Assembly (NCBI GenBank): GCA_017531305.1
Contig: JAFXLG010000069.1
Location: 17,933 to 81,932, forward strand
Reading direction: 5' to 3'
Origin: Alistipes sp.
GTDB taxonomy: Bacteria > Bacteroidota > Bacteroidia > Bacteroidales > Rikenellaceae
Length of the DNA: 64,000 nucleotides
Below, piece after piece: positions 38,767-47,830 of the stretch; position 1 is the first letter of the stretch; every line of letters starts with the position of its first letter. A program made the translations under genes and the position numbers. The notes under the pieces were generated by a model, which was given only the letters and a program-made list of their open reading frames with translations, did not search any database and had not been told where the DNA came from.

Positions 38767-39579
38767 ATGAATAGGAGAGTAAGGTTGATTTTATTGGTGG
38801 GCATGGTATTCTTGTCTGCCTTGACACTTGAGCAAGCAGTAGCGTCTTCTGAAGCAAAGAGAGTTAAGCCGCTGAATACCAAGAAATGGATGAAATATGA
38901 TGTGGGCAGAATCCGTTTCCACGACAAAGCACCTCAGAGCGAGGGCTCGAAGATATACCATCGACTGATTGCCGACCCCGAGGCTTATATCTCGGAGCAA
39001 GCGCGTACGGTGCTGGCTACGTTGTATTTCTCGCCCAAGGATAGCATTATGCCTGTGCGCTCGATCTACTATACGCTTGAGGATAAGGAGGGTATCTCTG
39101 CCAAAGGCGGTGGCAATGGGCGAGTGCATATCTTCTATAGTACACGCCATGTGGAGAATTCGCATCGTGGCAGAGGTGACGATAAGGTCATGTTCGAAAC
39201 TCGCGGAGTCCTGTTGCATGAATTGACCCATGCCTATCAGTTGGAGCCTCAGGGTATAGGCTCGTATGGTACAAATCGGGTATTCTGGGCGTTTATTGAG
39301 GGTATGGCAGATGCTGTGCGTGTTGCCAATGGCGGTTTTTATGGCGAAAAAGACCGTCCCAAGGGTGGTCACTATATGAATGGTTATCGTCATGCGGGAT
39401 ATTTCTTCGTGTGGCTGCGCGATAATTATGACCCCGATTTTTTGCGTAAGTTCAATCAAAGCACGTTGCACGTTGTGCCATGGTCGTTCGATGGTGCGAT
39501 AAAGCACGTCTTGGGCGAGAAGTATGATATCGAAACCCTATGGAATGAATATCAGAAGGCTGTAGGAGATAAGAAATAA
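38767..39579 (+). CDS. Basic secretory protein (BSP) family zinc peptidase, secreted
   Basis: Signal peptide; GVLLHELTHAYQ...IEGMADAVR gluzincin motif. Confidence 0.82.
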   Translation: MNRRVRLILLVGMVFLSALTLEQAVASSEAKRVKPLNTKKWMKYDVGRIRFHDKAPQSEGSKIYHRLIADPEAYISEQARTVLATLYFSPKDSIMPVRSIYYTLEDKEGISAKGGGNGRVHIFYSTRHVENSHRGRGDDKVMFETRGVLLHELTHAYQLEPQGIGSYGTNRVFWAFIEGMADAVRVANGGFYGEKDRPKGGHYMNGYRHAGYFFVWLRDNYDPDFLRKFNQSTLHVVPWSFDGAIKHVLGEKYDIETLWNEYQKAVGDKK

Positions 39580-39610
39580 TATAATATAACAACATTAAAA
39601 CAAAACTAAA

Positions 39611-41065
39611 ATGAGAAGATCAACCTTGAAAAATTTTGTGACAATGCTCGCTTGTTTAGCAGCAACCCTGATGATCTCTTGTCAGGCAGAGGCTCCAGAG
39701 CCTATGAGCGTAGTGCCTGCACCTCGCCAATTGGCTTGGCACGAGATGGAGCAGTATGCTTTTGTACACTTTACGATCAATACCTTCACCGACAAGGAGT
39801 GGGGATATGGCGATGAGTCTCCTGAATTATTCAATCCTACTGATTTTGATGCCGATGCATTGGTGAAAATTGTCAAGGACGCCAACCTCAAGGGCTTGAT
39901 CCTTACCGCCAAGCACCACGATGGATTCTGCCTTTGGCCAAGTAAATATACCGAACATTCGATTAAAAACTCTCCATATAAGGATGGCAAAGGCGATATC
40001 GTGGGCGAAGTTGCCGAGGCGTGCCGTAAGCATGGCGTGAAGTTTGGTATCTATCTCTCGCCATGGGATCGCAACCATGCGGGCTATGGTACAGATGAGT
40101 ATCTGACCTATTATCGCAACCAGCTGCGTGAGCTTTTAACCGCTTATGGTCCTGTATTTGAGATGTGGTTCGATGGCGCAAACGGCGGTGATGGTTATTA
40201 TGGAGGTGCGCGCGAGACGCGTGTTATGGAGTCGGGCTACCTCTATTATGATTGGGCTAAGGTGGTGGATATCATTCGTGAGCTTTCGCCCGAAACGGTA
40301 GTCTGGAGCTCTTCGTTGCCTGATGCACGCTGGTGCTCAAACGAGCGAGGCGTGATCGATGAACATTGCTGGGCTATGGCTTCTCCCGAAGAGATGTATC
40401 CCAAAGGAAAGGATAATATCCCCGTCTTGAAGCATGGCATGGAGGACGGTAATCGCTGGGCACCTGCCGAGGCAGATGTATCTATTCGCCCAGGGTGGTT
40501 CTACCATGAGTATCAGCAGCCTAAGAGTGCAGAGCAACTGTTTAGTATCTATCTCACTTCGGTAGGTCGCGGTGGAACATTGCTTCTGAATCTTGCTCCC
40601 GATCGCCGTGGTCGAGTGCCTGAGCAGGATGTAGAGTCGCTGATGGCATGGCGTAAGATGGTCGATCAGACATTTGCCGAGGATCTGGCTCTGAAGGCTA
40701 AGGTCAAGGTGTCGGCAGATCGTGGTTGTGGCTATGGCGCGAAGAATCTCATCGGCGAGGATCAGAAGTATTGGGCTACCGAGGATGGCGTAACGGCGGC
40801 AGACGTGGAGCTAAGCTGGGCTGAGCCTCAGACGGTAAAATATGTGACAATTCAGGAACATATTGCTTTGGGTCAGCGTGTCAAGAAGTTTGTCATCGAG
40901 GCTGAGCTCAATGGCTCATGGCAAGAGGTCGCTGCGGGCACGACCGTAGGCTATAAGCGCATCTTGCCTATCTCTGGCGGCAAGGGCTTGGCGACAGACC
41001 GATTGCGCGTGCGTTTCTTGGACTCTCGCGCGGCACTCACCATCGCACGCGTGGCGGTGTATTAG
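39611..41065 (+). CDS. GH29 alpha-L-fucosidase lipoprotein with C-terminal F5/8-like domain
   Basis: Lipobox MISC; TAKHHDGFCLW, YLSPWD, WFDGA, DVSIRPGWFYH. Confidence 0.95.
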   Translation: MRRSTLKNFVTMLACLAATLMISCQAEAPEPMSVVPAPRQLAWHEMEQYAFVHFTINTFTDKEWGYGDESPELFNPTDFDADALVKIVKDANLKGLILTAKHHDGFCLWPSKYTEHSIKNSPYKDGKGDIVGEVAEACRKHGVKFGIYLSPWDRNHAGYGTDEYLTYYRNQLRELLTAYGPVFEMWFDGANGGDGYYGGARETRVMESGYLYYDWAKVVDIIRELSPETVVWSSSLPDARWCSNERGVIDEHCWAMASPEEMYPKGKDNIPVLKHGMEDGNRWAPAEADVSIRPGWFYHEYQQPKSAEQLFSIYLTSVGRGGTLLLNLAPDRRGRVPEQDVESLMAWRKMVDQTFAEDLALKAKVKVSADRGCGYGAKNLIGEDQKYWATEDGVTAADVELSWAEPQTVKYVTIQEHIALGQRVKKFVIEAELNGSWQEVAAGTTVGYKRILPISGGKGLATDRLRVRFLDSRAALTIARVAVY

Positions 41066-41084
41066 TGAATAGTAACTTTTATAA

Positions 41085-41117
41085 AAAGGCGTCTAACAGA
41101 CTTTGTTAGACGCCTTT
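41085..41117. terminator. Bidirectional terminator
   Basis: AAAGGCGTCTAACA / TGTTAGACGCCTTT. Confidence 0.85.
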
Positions 41118-41124
41118 CTTTATA

Positions 41125-43227
41125 CTATCTAAATTCTGCTTGCCAGCTCTCGGTGAAGATTGCACCTTTGTAGATGGCTCTGATGCTGATAGAGATTGTT
41201 TTGCCAGCAGGATAGTCTGTTCGGCGGAGTTTTAATCTCCTCTCCTGACCTGCGACCTTACCATCTATCGTCCACTCTATCGAGTCGTAGTCAAATCCCG
41301 CATCCAGCGTAGCTTCATCTCCTCGCAGATGGTTGGGCTTGTTGATAAATCCCAGATCTGAGCCGAGGTAGTAACCCAATTGTGTGGGTTGGTTGTAGGC
41401 TACGTTCTGCGTGAGTACGCTCCAGCGATATATTACATCACTCATCAGCGTGTGAAAACGATACTTTGTCGGTATATCAGTAGTATATATTCTTATACTC
41501 TTGTTGTCAGCCGAGCGCACGATGATCTCCTCGCGCCAATCGCCCATGATGTCGGCCTGCAACATTGGGTTAGCCTTAGTATGGTTGTTTGTTAGAGCTG
41601 TTTGTTGATCCTGCAGGGGCAACTCAGTGACGCCGTGACCATTCCATTTTGTGAGCGAGATAATGCGTTCCGTAGTGTGGGCGTTCTTAACGCTGCGATT
41701 GTCGAGCAACTCACGGTTCAAGTCTCCGTCCCACCATACAGCCATGTTGATGCTTGGGGTGATGTTTGAGATCAAGTGACCTTTTGCAGAATAGACTCCT
41801 CGGCTGTCTGATGTCCAGACCTCCATGCCTCGGTGGCGAGGGTCGATATCGGCTGCCATGGCACGACCAACATCCCGCACGCTCGGAATACCCCATATAA
41901 GTTCACCTGTGGCGGCGTCACGAAGCTCCGAGCCCGCCTTCGAAGGTCTCGATTCGTGGCATTGCCACACCTCCAAGCCCGCACGATCTATATCTATATC
42001 ACTAAGGTGCATAGCATCGCCATGTCCTAAGCGCGTGTTGTATCCGCCCTCTCCATTGTCATCTATCATGCAAGCTCCGTAGGTAATCTCATCTTTGCCG
42101 TCTGCGTCTATATCGCCTATGCGCAGATTGTGGTTGCCCTGACCAGCATAATCACGCCAGCGACCATCCTCCGATGAAGTGTCGAACTGCCATCTGAGTT
42201 TGAGTTTGCCTGCTTTGTAATCCCATGCCTGAATTACGCTTTTGGCGTAGTAACCACGGCAGATGACTATGCTTGGATGTTTGCCATCGAAGTATCCCGC
42301 ACCTGCCAAAAAGCGGTCTGCGCGATTACCGTAGCTATCTCCATATTCATCTCTCTTGCCGCGAGGGATGTAGTTTGTGCGAGCCAATTCTCGACCTGTA
42401 GCACCCTCTACCACCGACAAAAATTCAGGACCTGCGAGGATCTTTCCATATGTGCCCGATTGGGGGTTGCGATCGACATAGTCTGTAATGCCATCGTTGT
42501 CTGTGTCGCCAATCTTCTCTCCATCGCCAAAGACTGTACCCTCGGCTGTGCGTATGGCGAGTTCCGCACAACCATCTCCATCGAAGTCATAAAGCGAAAG
42601 TTGTGTATAGTGAGCTCCTTGACGGATGTTGGGACCCATGTCGATTCGCCACATGAACTCTCCATTGAGGCGATATGCCTCGATAAGCAGCGGATCGGGG
42701 CTTAGTCCTTTATGGGAGTTGTCGTATCCCTGCGTTTCGCGCTTCAGCACTATTTCGTACTCTCCATCTCCGTCCAGATCTCCTACCGTAGCATCATTGG
42801 GGTTATACTTTTCGCCCGCTTCTGCAAGAGGAATGGTGATGTAGGATTTAGCGGCAGCCTTTGCGCTGAGGGTGAATATGGCAATGGGAGAGTTTGAGCC
42901 ACTCAGAGTGAGTGAGTAATGATTGTCTTGGGTGGTATCAACTCCTTGATCAACATAAAACGTAGAACGAGTAATGGCTTCCGAGTTGATCTTCTTGCCG
43001 TTACGCCAGATATCGAATCCCACCTCCACGGGATCTTGCTCCAAATAACGCCAACTGATACTTACGCGTCCCTTGCCATTGTGGATAGTAACCAAACCAC
43101 GTCCCAGATGCTCTTTCTGGATTTTGGATGAATAAGCCGAACCACGCTTGATGTTATGTGCGCTGAGATTTGTTGCAATGCTTGTGCAGGTAACAAGCAG
43201 CAGACACACCAAAAATCTAAACCACAT
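41125..43227 (-). CDS. PL11 rhamnogalacturonan lyase
   Basis: LGRGLV, GDLDGDGEYE, NIRQGAHYT, GQGNH, GHGDAMH, GDWREE, QNVAYNQP (YesW/YesX-like). Confidence 0.93.
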   Translation of the reverse strand: MWFRFLVCLLLVTCTSIATNLSAHNIKRGSAYSSKIQKEHLGRGLVTIHNGKGRVSISWRYLEQDPVEVGFDIWRNGKKINSEAITRSTFYVDQGVDTTQDNHYSLTLSGSNSPIAIFTLSAKAAAKSYITIPLAEAGEKYNPNDATVGDLDGDGEYEIVLKRETQGYDNSHKGLSPDPLLIEAYRLNGEFMWRIDMGPNIRQGAHYTQLSLYDFDGDGCAELAIRTAEGTVFGDGEKIGDTDNDGITDYVDRNPQSGTYGKILAGPEFLSVVEGATGRELARTNYIPRGKRDEYGDSYGNRADRFLAGAGYFDGKHPSIVICRGYYAKSVIQAWDYKAGKLKLRWQFDTSSEDGRWRDYAGQGNHNLRIGDIDADGKDEITYGACMIDDNGEGGYNTRLGHGDAMHLSDIDIDRAGLEVWQCHESRPSKAGSELRDAATGELIWGIPSVRDVGRAMAADIDPRHRGMEVWTSDSRGVYSAKGHLISNITPSINMAVWWDGDLNRELLDNRSVKNAHTTERIISLTKWNGHGVTELPLQDQQTALTNNHTKANPMLQADIMGDWREEIIVRSADNKSIRIYTTDIPTKYRFHTLMSDVIYRWSVLTQNVAYNQPTQLGYYLGSDLGFINKPNHLRGDEATLDAGFDYDSIEWTIDGKVAGQERRLKLRRTDYPAGKTISISIRAIYKGAIFTESWQAEFR

Positions 43228-43249
43228 GATTATTCTTCGTTTTGATTCT

Positions 43250-43759
43250 CTACAACTCCAACAATCCCTCGGGCAATACCATGCGGATTATACCTTTATC
43301 GAAATCAATCTGCGCGATAAACTCCTCGGCGGCAGGGATCAGCCTCTCGCCTTCGCCAAAATCGACTCCGAACAATGGGTTGAGTTCGCTATCGTAGAAG
43401 TCGATGATCTCCCCCTTGAGCTTGCCCGCTTCGACACTAAAGCCGATCAGATCCTCCATATAAAACTCATCATCATCCTCGTCCTCCGCCTGCTCGATGA
43501 ACAACTCTTTGCCGAGGAGTTCCTCGGCACGGCGCGTATTGTCGAAGTCGGCAAAGCGGACATTAGCTCCACTTACACCACGTTTCTCGAAACTCTCCAT
43601 ATAAAGCGGCACGGCAAGTGAGCCGATCTCAACAAAGAGTGGATCCTCCTGTGGGTCAAAATCCTCTGGAAATGTGGTGTATAACGAGATTGCCAAACCT
43701 CCCGTATCTGCCTGACCGAAGAGTTTGCTCACACGAGCTACGGCGATCATATTGTCCAT
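43250..43759 (-). CDS. rimM: Ribosome maturation factor RimM
   Basis: AEELLGKELFI, DLIGFSV, LIPAAEEFI, LPEGLL; near rpsP. Confidence 0.88.
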   Translation of the reverse strand: MDNMIAVARVSKLFGQADTGGLAISLYTTFPEDFDPQEDPLFVEIGSLAVPLYMESFEKRGVSGANVRFADFDNTRRAEELLGKELFIEQAEDEDDDEFYMEDLIGFSVEAGKLKGEIIDFYDSELNPLFGVDFGEGERLIPAAEEFIAQIDFDKGIIRMVLPEGLLEL

Positions 43760-43777
43760 AATATTGAGTGTGAAAAG

Positions 43778-45121
43778 TTAGTTGCTTCGATATTCTATAT
43801 AACTGTAGATAATAATCATGGTAATGCTCTCGGCAACGGGCAGTGCAAGCCAGATGCCTACGCCCTCGATAAGCTGAGGCATGAAGATAAATGCTGGAAC
43901 CATCAGCACCACGCCACGCAACGCCGAGAAGAGTGCTGCCGAGCGTCCTCGCTCGATACTCTGCAAGTACCCGATCATGGTGACGTTATAGATATATGGG
44001 ATAAATCCCAACGCCACAATCGGCAATCCCGCAACCGCCATCTGGTAGGATGGGTATTCGGTGCTGAGGAAGATGTGGGTGATGGAGTCGGCACAGAGCA
44101 TTCCCACAAGCAAAGCCACAATACCAGCTCCGAGTGCCGTGCGCGTGATAAGCAGGCGTGCTTGATTGACGCGATGCAGCTTATCGGCACCGTAGTTGTA
44201 ACTGATGATGGGTTGTCCCGATTGGGCTATAGCGTTGGCAGTGGTGAAGATAAAAGGCATGACATAGCATACGATAGAGAATGCTGCCACACCATCCTCA
44301 TTCAGGTAGTGCAGGAACACGTAGTTACCAACGAACATAAATACCGCAATGCTGATATCTCCAAACAGAGCTGCAACGCCCAATTTGGTTTGGTAGCCTA
44401 TGTTGCGAATCATCAGCTTTAGGCTCTTCATCGTGCGCTTGAGGCGGTAGAGCGATATGTTGTTGGTAAGGAATAGCATGTATATGATGACCATCGCTCC
44501 TCCCGTAATGCATCCTATGGCGGTAGCTATGGCTACTCCCTCCAAACCCCAATCAAGTATATAGAGGAAGAGATAATCCAGCACGACATTGATTATAGAG
44601 GGCAACGAAGAACACAACATGGCGTATCGTGGCGAGCCGTCCATGCGTATGATAAGCAGTCCGACAGTCTCTAAAAATATGGGCAGGAAGGCGAGCGAGA
44701 GCCATTTCTGATAATCCAAAACGTATGGCAGAAGCTGATCTGATGCTCCCAAAAGACGAGCCACCTCGACATCGAAGATGTTTACAACGAGTGTGAGTAG
44801 CAACGAGATAACTGAGCCGAAGATAAGCGTCTGCGTGATGTTGATGTTGGCAGCCTTGACGTTGTTGTGCGAAAGATGTATGGAGGCAACCACCGAACAT
44901 CCGATACCATACATCAAACCGAAACCGCTGACGATGAGCCACAATGGGCAGAATATATTGACAGCCGCCAATGCATCACTACCCGCGCCATGACCGACAA
45001 AAGCTCCATCGATGATAGTCATCACCGACATACAAAGCATGCCGAGCAGCGTAGGGATCAAAATGCGGCGGAAGAGAGACGAGATTTGCTCTTTGCCAAA
45101 GTCTATATTGTCGCGGTTCAT
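43778..45121 (-). CDS. MATE family efflux transporter
   Basis: IDGAFVG, ALAAVN, RMDGSP, NVVLDYLF, QPIISYNYGA, GIWLALP. Confidence 0.93.
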   Translation of the reverse strand: MNRDNIDFGKEQISSLFRRILIPTLLGMLCMSVMTIIDGAFVGHGAGSDALAAVNIFCPLWLIVSGFGLMYGIGCSVVASIHLSHNNVKAANINITQTLIFGSVISLLLTLVVNIFDVEVARLLGASDQLLPYVLDYQKWLSLAFLPIFLETVGLLIIRMDGSPRYAMLCSSLPSIINVVLDYLFLYILDWGLEGVAIATAIGCITGGAMVIIYMLFLTNNISLYRLKRTMKSLKLMIRNIGYQTKLGVAALFGDISIAVFMFVGNYVFLHYLNEDGVAAFSIVCYVMPFIFTTANAIAQSGQPIISYNYGADKLHRVNQARLLITRTALGAGIVALLVGMLCADSITHIFLSTEYPSYQMAVAGLPIVALGFIPYIYNVTMIGYLQSIERGRSAALFSALRGVVLMVPAFIFMPQLIEGVGIWLALPVAESITMIIIYSYIEYRSN

Positions 45122-45200
45122 ATGGTAGGTGTAAAATTTGAGGGTATTTTATTTATCCCTTCCTTCTAATGAAAGTAGTCTCAAAAGACCACCTTTATCT

Positions 45201-45235
45201 AAAAAATAGAGCTGCCCAAAACATTAGGCAGCTCT
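45201..45235 (-). terminator. Intrinsic terminator after rpsP
   Basis: AGAGCTGCC / GGCAGCTCT stem, with a T-tract on the minus strand. Confidence 0.8.
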
Positions 45236-45258
45236 TCTCTTTACAGGGAGTTGCAAGC

Positions 45259-45789
45259 TTACTCTGCTGCAACCTCCTCAGTAGCCTCTGCGTTCTCCTC
45301 GGCAGCAGCAGCGGCAGCCTCAGCAGCAGCTTCAGCAGCCTTCTGAGCCAAAGCGGCAGCACGATCCTCCTTAACCTTAGTCTCGGCAGCAAGTGCAGCC
45401 TTCTGAGCAGCCTTAGCGTCAGTAGCGAGCTTGTTAACCTTAGCGGCGATCTTGCTCTCCTTCTCACCAAGCCACTTGTTGAACTTAGCCTCAGCGTCAC
45501 TCTCAGAGAATGCGCCCTTAGCTACGCCACCCAACAGATGCTTCTTGTATAATACACCCTTGTACGAGAGAATAGCTCGACAAGTATCGGTAGGTTGTGC
45601 GCCCTTGAGTAACCAATCCAAAGCTCTATCAAACTTAAGATCGATTGTAGCAGGATTAGTGTTAGGGTTGTAAACACCCAACTTCTCGATAAATCTACCA
45701 TCACGTGGCGCTCTGCTATCTGCGGCAACGATGTGGTAAATAGGAGCACCCTTCTTACCGTGACGTGCCAAACGAATTTTAACAGCCAT
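45259..45789 (-). CDS. rpsP: 30S ribosomal protein S16 (Bacteroidota long form)
   Basis: [32 protein letters not shown]; Ala/Glu tail. Confidence 0.98.
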   Translation of the reverse strand: MAVKIRLARHGKKGAPIYHIVAADSRAPRDGRFIEKLGVYNPNTNPATIDLKFDRALDWLLKGAQPTDTCRAILSYKGVLYKKHLLGGVAKGAFSESDAEAKFNKWLGEKESKIAAKVNKLATDAKAAQKAALAAETKVKEDRAAALAQKAAEAAAEAAAAAAEENAEATEEVAAE

Positions 45790-45850
45790 TTGCTATAAAA
45801 TTTTATTAGTTAATTATTAAACGCAACCCTACACTTTCGGGGTTTGGGCG

Positions 45851-45858
45851 CAAAGGTA
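45851..45858 (-). promoter_or_regulatory. -7 element (TACCTTTG) for rpsP
   Basis: TAnnTTTG consensus. Confidence 0.65.
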
Positions 45859-45923
45859 GTAAAAAAATGATAAACAAATGAAAAAGAGAGAAATATTTTG
45901 CTATAAATTTTGCTTTTGACAAT

Positions 45924-45959
45924 AAAAAAGGGGCTGTCACAATAGGTTGACAGCCCCTT
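45924..45959 (-). terminator. Intrinsic terminator
   Basis: AAGGGGCTGTCA / TGACAGCCCCTT with T-tract on the minus strand. Confidence 0.85.
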
Positions 45960-45987
45960 GAAGTCGTTTGTTATCTACTGTAGATCA

Positions 45988-46917
45988 TTATCTGAGTGCT
46001 ACATCGGTCTGACCGATCAGGCGACCATCGCAGTAGAGCTCCACGTGATATGTTCCTGCAGTAAAGCCTGAGCCTGTGTAGTAGATACTTGCACCCAAAT
46101 CATCGTTCTGGTAGTCCAGATCACGCTTTGCGGAGTAGATCTTCTGCTCGGTCTCGAATGTGAACGAAGCAGCATCGGGACTTGAAAGAACATATCCATC
46201 AGGCGAAGTGATGCACAGATATATGGTCTTCTGACCAGGCTCTGCCAACTCGTTGCCACCCAATACAAAGTTCACGCGCAATGCACCAGCATTCTTTACT
46301 CGTGTCACAGGCTTCTTCTTTGCATTGAGCATCTCGATACCGATTGAGCGAGCGCGGATTACCGAACCCACACGCACCTTGTTATTGAGCTCCTCGGCTC
46401 GCTCCTCAGCCATCTCGGCACGCAACTGTGCAGAAGAGATCTCCTTCTTGTAAGAGATATTCTCTTTGGTGAGCTTCTTGTTGATTGTATTCAGTGAGTC
46501 AATCTGGCGGATATAACCCTGCATTACGGTACGCAGAGTACCAACCTCCTTCTGATACTGACGGATCTTGGCGTAGTTCAAACGGCGTTCGTTCTTGAGC
46601 TGCTCCATGATCTTGTTTGCCTCCTCGAGACTCGATGCGATGGAGTCGTTCTGAATCTTCAAATCGTCAAACGACACGATCAAGCTATCCAAATCGCCCT
46701 TGATCTTGGTACGATCCTCCTCGAAAAGGGCATATTCGCTCTGCTGCTGACGGTGCATGTTGAAATAGACAACCGACAAAGCAACAAGGATCACCGCAAG
46801 GATAATAATCACGATGCGATAACCGCGTACGGCTTTGTTGTCAACCGCCTGCTGATCTTCGTAACCATACTCGTCATCGTAGCGAGCATCATCATAATCA
46901 TTGTACTCTTCTCTCAT
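45988..46917 (-). CDS. Conserved hypothetical membrane-anchored coiled-coil protein with C-terminal beta domain
   Basis: Acidic N-terminus, one TM, long coiled coil, GTYHVELYCDG Ig-like end. Confidence 0.8.
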   Translation of the reverse strand: MREEYNDYDDARYDDEYGYEDQQAVDNKAVRGYRIVIIILAVILVALSVVYFNMHRQQQSEYALFEEDRTKIKGDLDSLIVSFDDLKIQNDSIASSLEEANKIMEQLKNERRLNYAKIRQYQKEVGTLRTVMQGYIRQIDSLNTINKKLTKENISYKKEISSAQLRAEMAEERAEELNNKVRVGSVIRARSIGIEMLNAKKKPVTRVKNAGALRVNFVLGGNELAEPGQKTIYLCITSPDGYVLSSPDAASFTFETEQKIYSAKRDLDYQNDDLGASIYYTGSGFTAGTYHVELYCDGRLIGQTDVALR

Positions 46918-46976
46918 TATTTTAGAAGTTTTGGTTTTCGAAACTGTTAAACTTGCAAATTATTGGGCAAATATAG

Positions 46977-47777
46977 TCATTTTTTTACAAAACAATCCAA
47001 AGGATAGCGTAAACCTTCATAACTTGTTAACGAAGCACACACACTTCCCACCTTGATCGGGGATTCGATGTAGAGCGGAATTTTGTTCCGATCATCCGAA
47101 ATCCAGACCATAAATTCCGTACCATCTTTGAACGAAGAGCCTGTCGAAGTGGCTATTTTGCATCTGAATTTCAGCGTCTTGAATTTACCCAAGCCCTTCA
47201 CCTTCTTGATCTCTCGACCATCGAAGCGGAATTTCAGATAACGCACCGTATCCTCCAAGACCATCTCCAGATCCTGAGCAAAACCCTCTTTGATATCTTC
47301 ATCGGGCGTTGTGCGCAGATTGTAATATAACGATATGGGATCCATGCCGTTGCGCGATACGGTGAGGGTTTTATGCTCGATGGGACGTTGGCGACTCTGC
47401 CAAGTGGTGTAGATCTTGTTGCTGTTCCAATCATATATAAAGCGACTCCAAAAAGTGTAGTCACCCTCATGCAAGTTGCTTTCGAAACGCTTTGTGCGGA
47501 GTGTCTGGGGATCAATCCAGATCGTATAAGCGTCTTTGACGGGGAGAATCCAGTTGAAAGCCTTAGCCGTCTCGCCGTAACCATATACTTTGTATGCTGG
47601 TTGACCATCAAGTGTGGTCTCTGTGGTTTGCATGATGACCTTTGCCACTTCTGTCATAGGAAATAGCTTGGCTTTGTAGCCCATGCGGTAGCGTAAGGTT
47701 TCACCAGGCACATATAACTGAGCCTGAGCCGTGAAGGCTAATGCCAAAAAGAGCAATGTATGGAGCCATCGTTTCAT
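46977..47777 (-). CDS. DUF3108 family secreted protein
   Basis: GETLRY, VKD.Y, KFKTLKF, VWISDDRNKIP...IKVGSV. Confidence 0.85.
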   Translation of the reverse strand: MKRWLHTLLFLALAFTAQAQLYVPGETLRYRMGYKAKLFPMTEVAKVIMQTTETTLDGQPAYKVYGYGETAKAFNWILPVKDAYTIWIDPQTLRTKRFESNLHEGDYTFWSRFIYDWNSNKIYTTWQSRQRPIEHKTLTVSRNGMDPISLYYNLRTTPDEDIKEGFAQDLEMVLEDTVRYLKFRFDGREIKKVKGLGKFKTLKFRCKIATSTGSSFKDGTEFMVWISDDRNKIPLYIESPIKVGSVCASLTSYEGLRYPLDCFVKK

Positions 47778-47830
47778 GGTGTTGCAATCTTAGGTGTTCT
47801 ATAATTATAACGTATCGAAGGCTGAGGTTA

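Noticed and set aside
45259-45440. Ala/Glu/Lys low-complexity repeats in rpsP
   Set aside because: Normal C-terminal extension of Bacteroidota S16.
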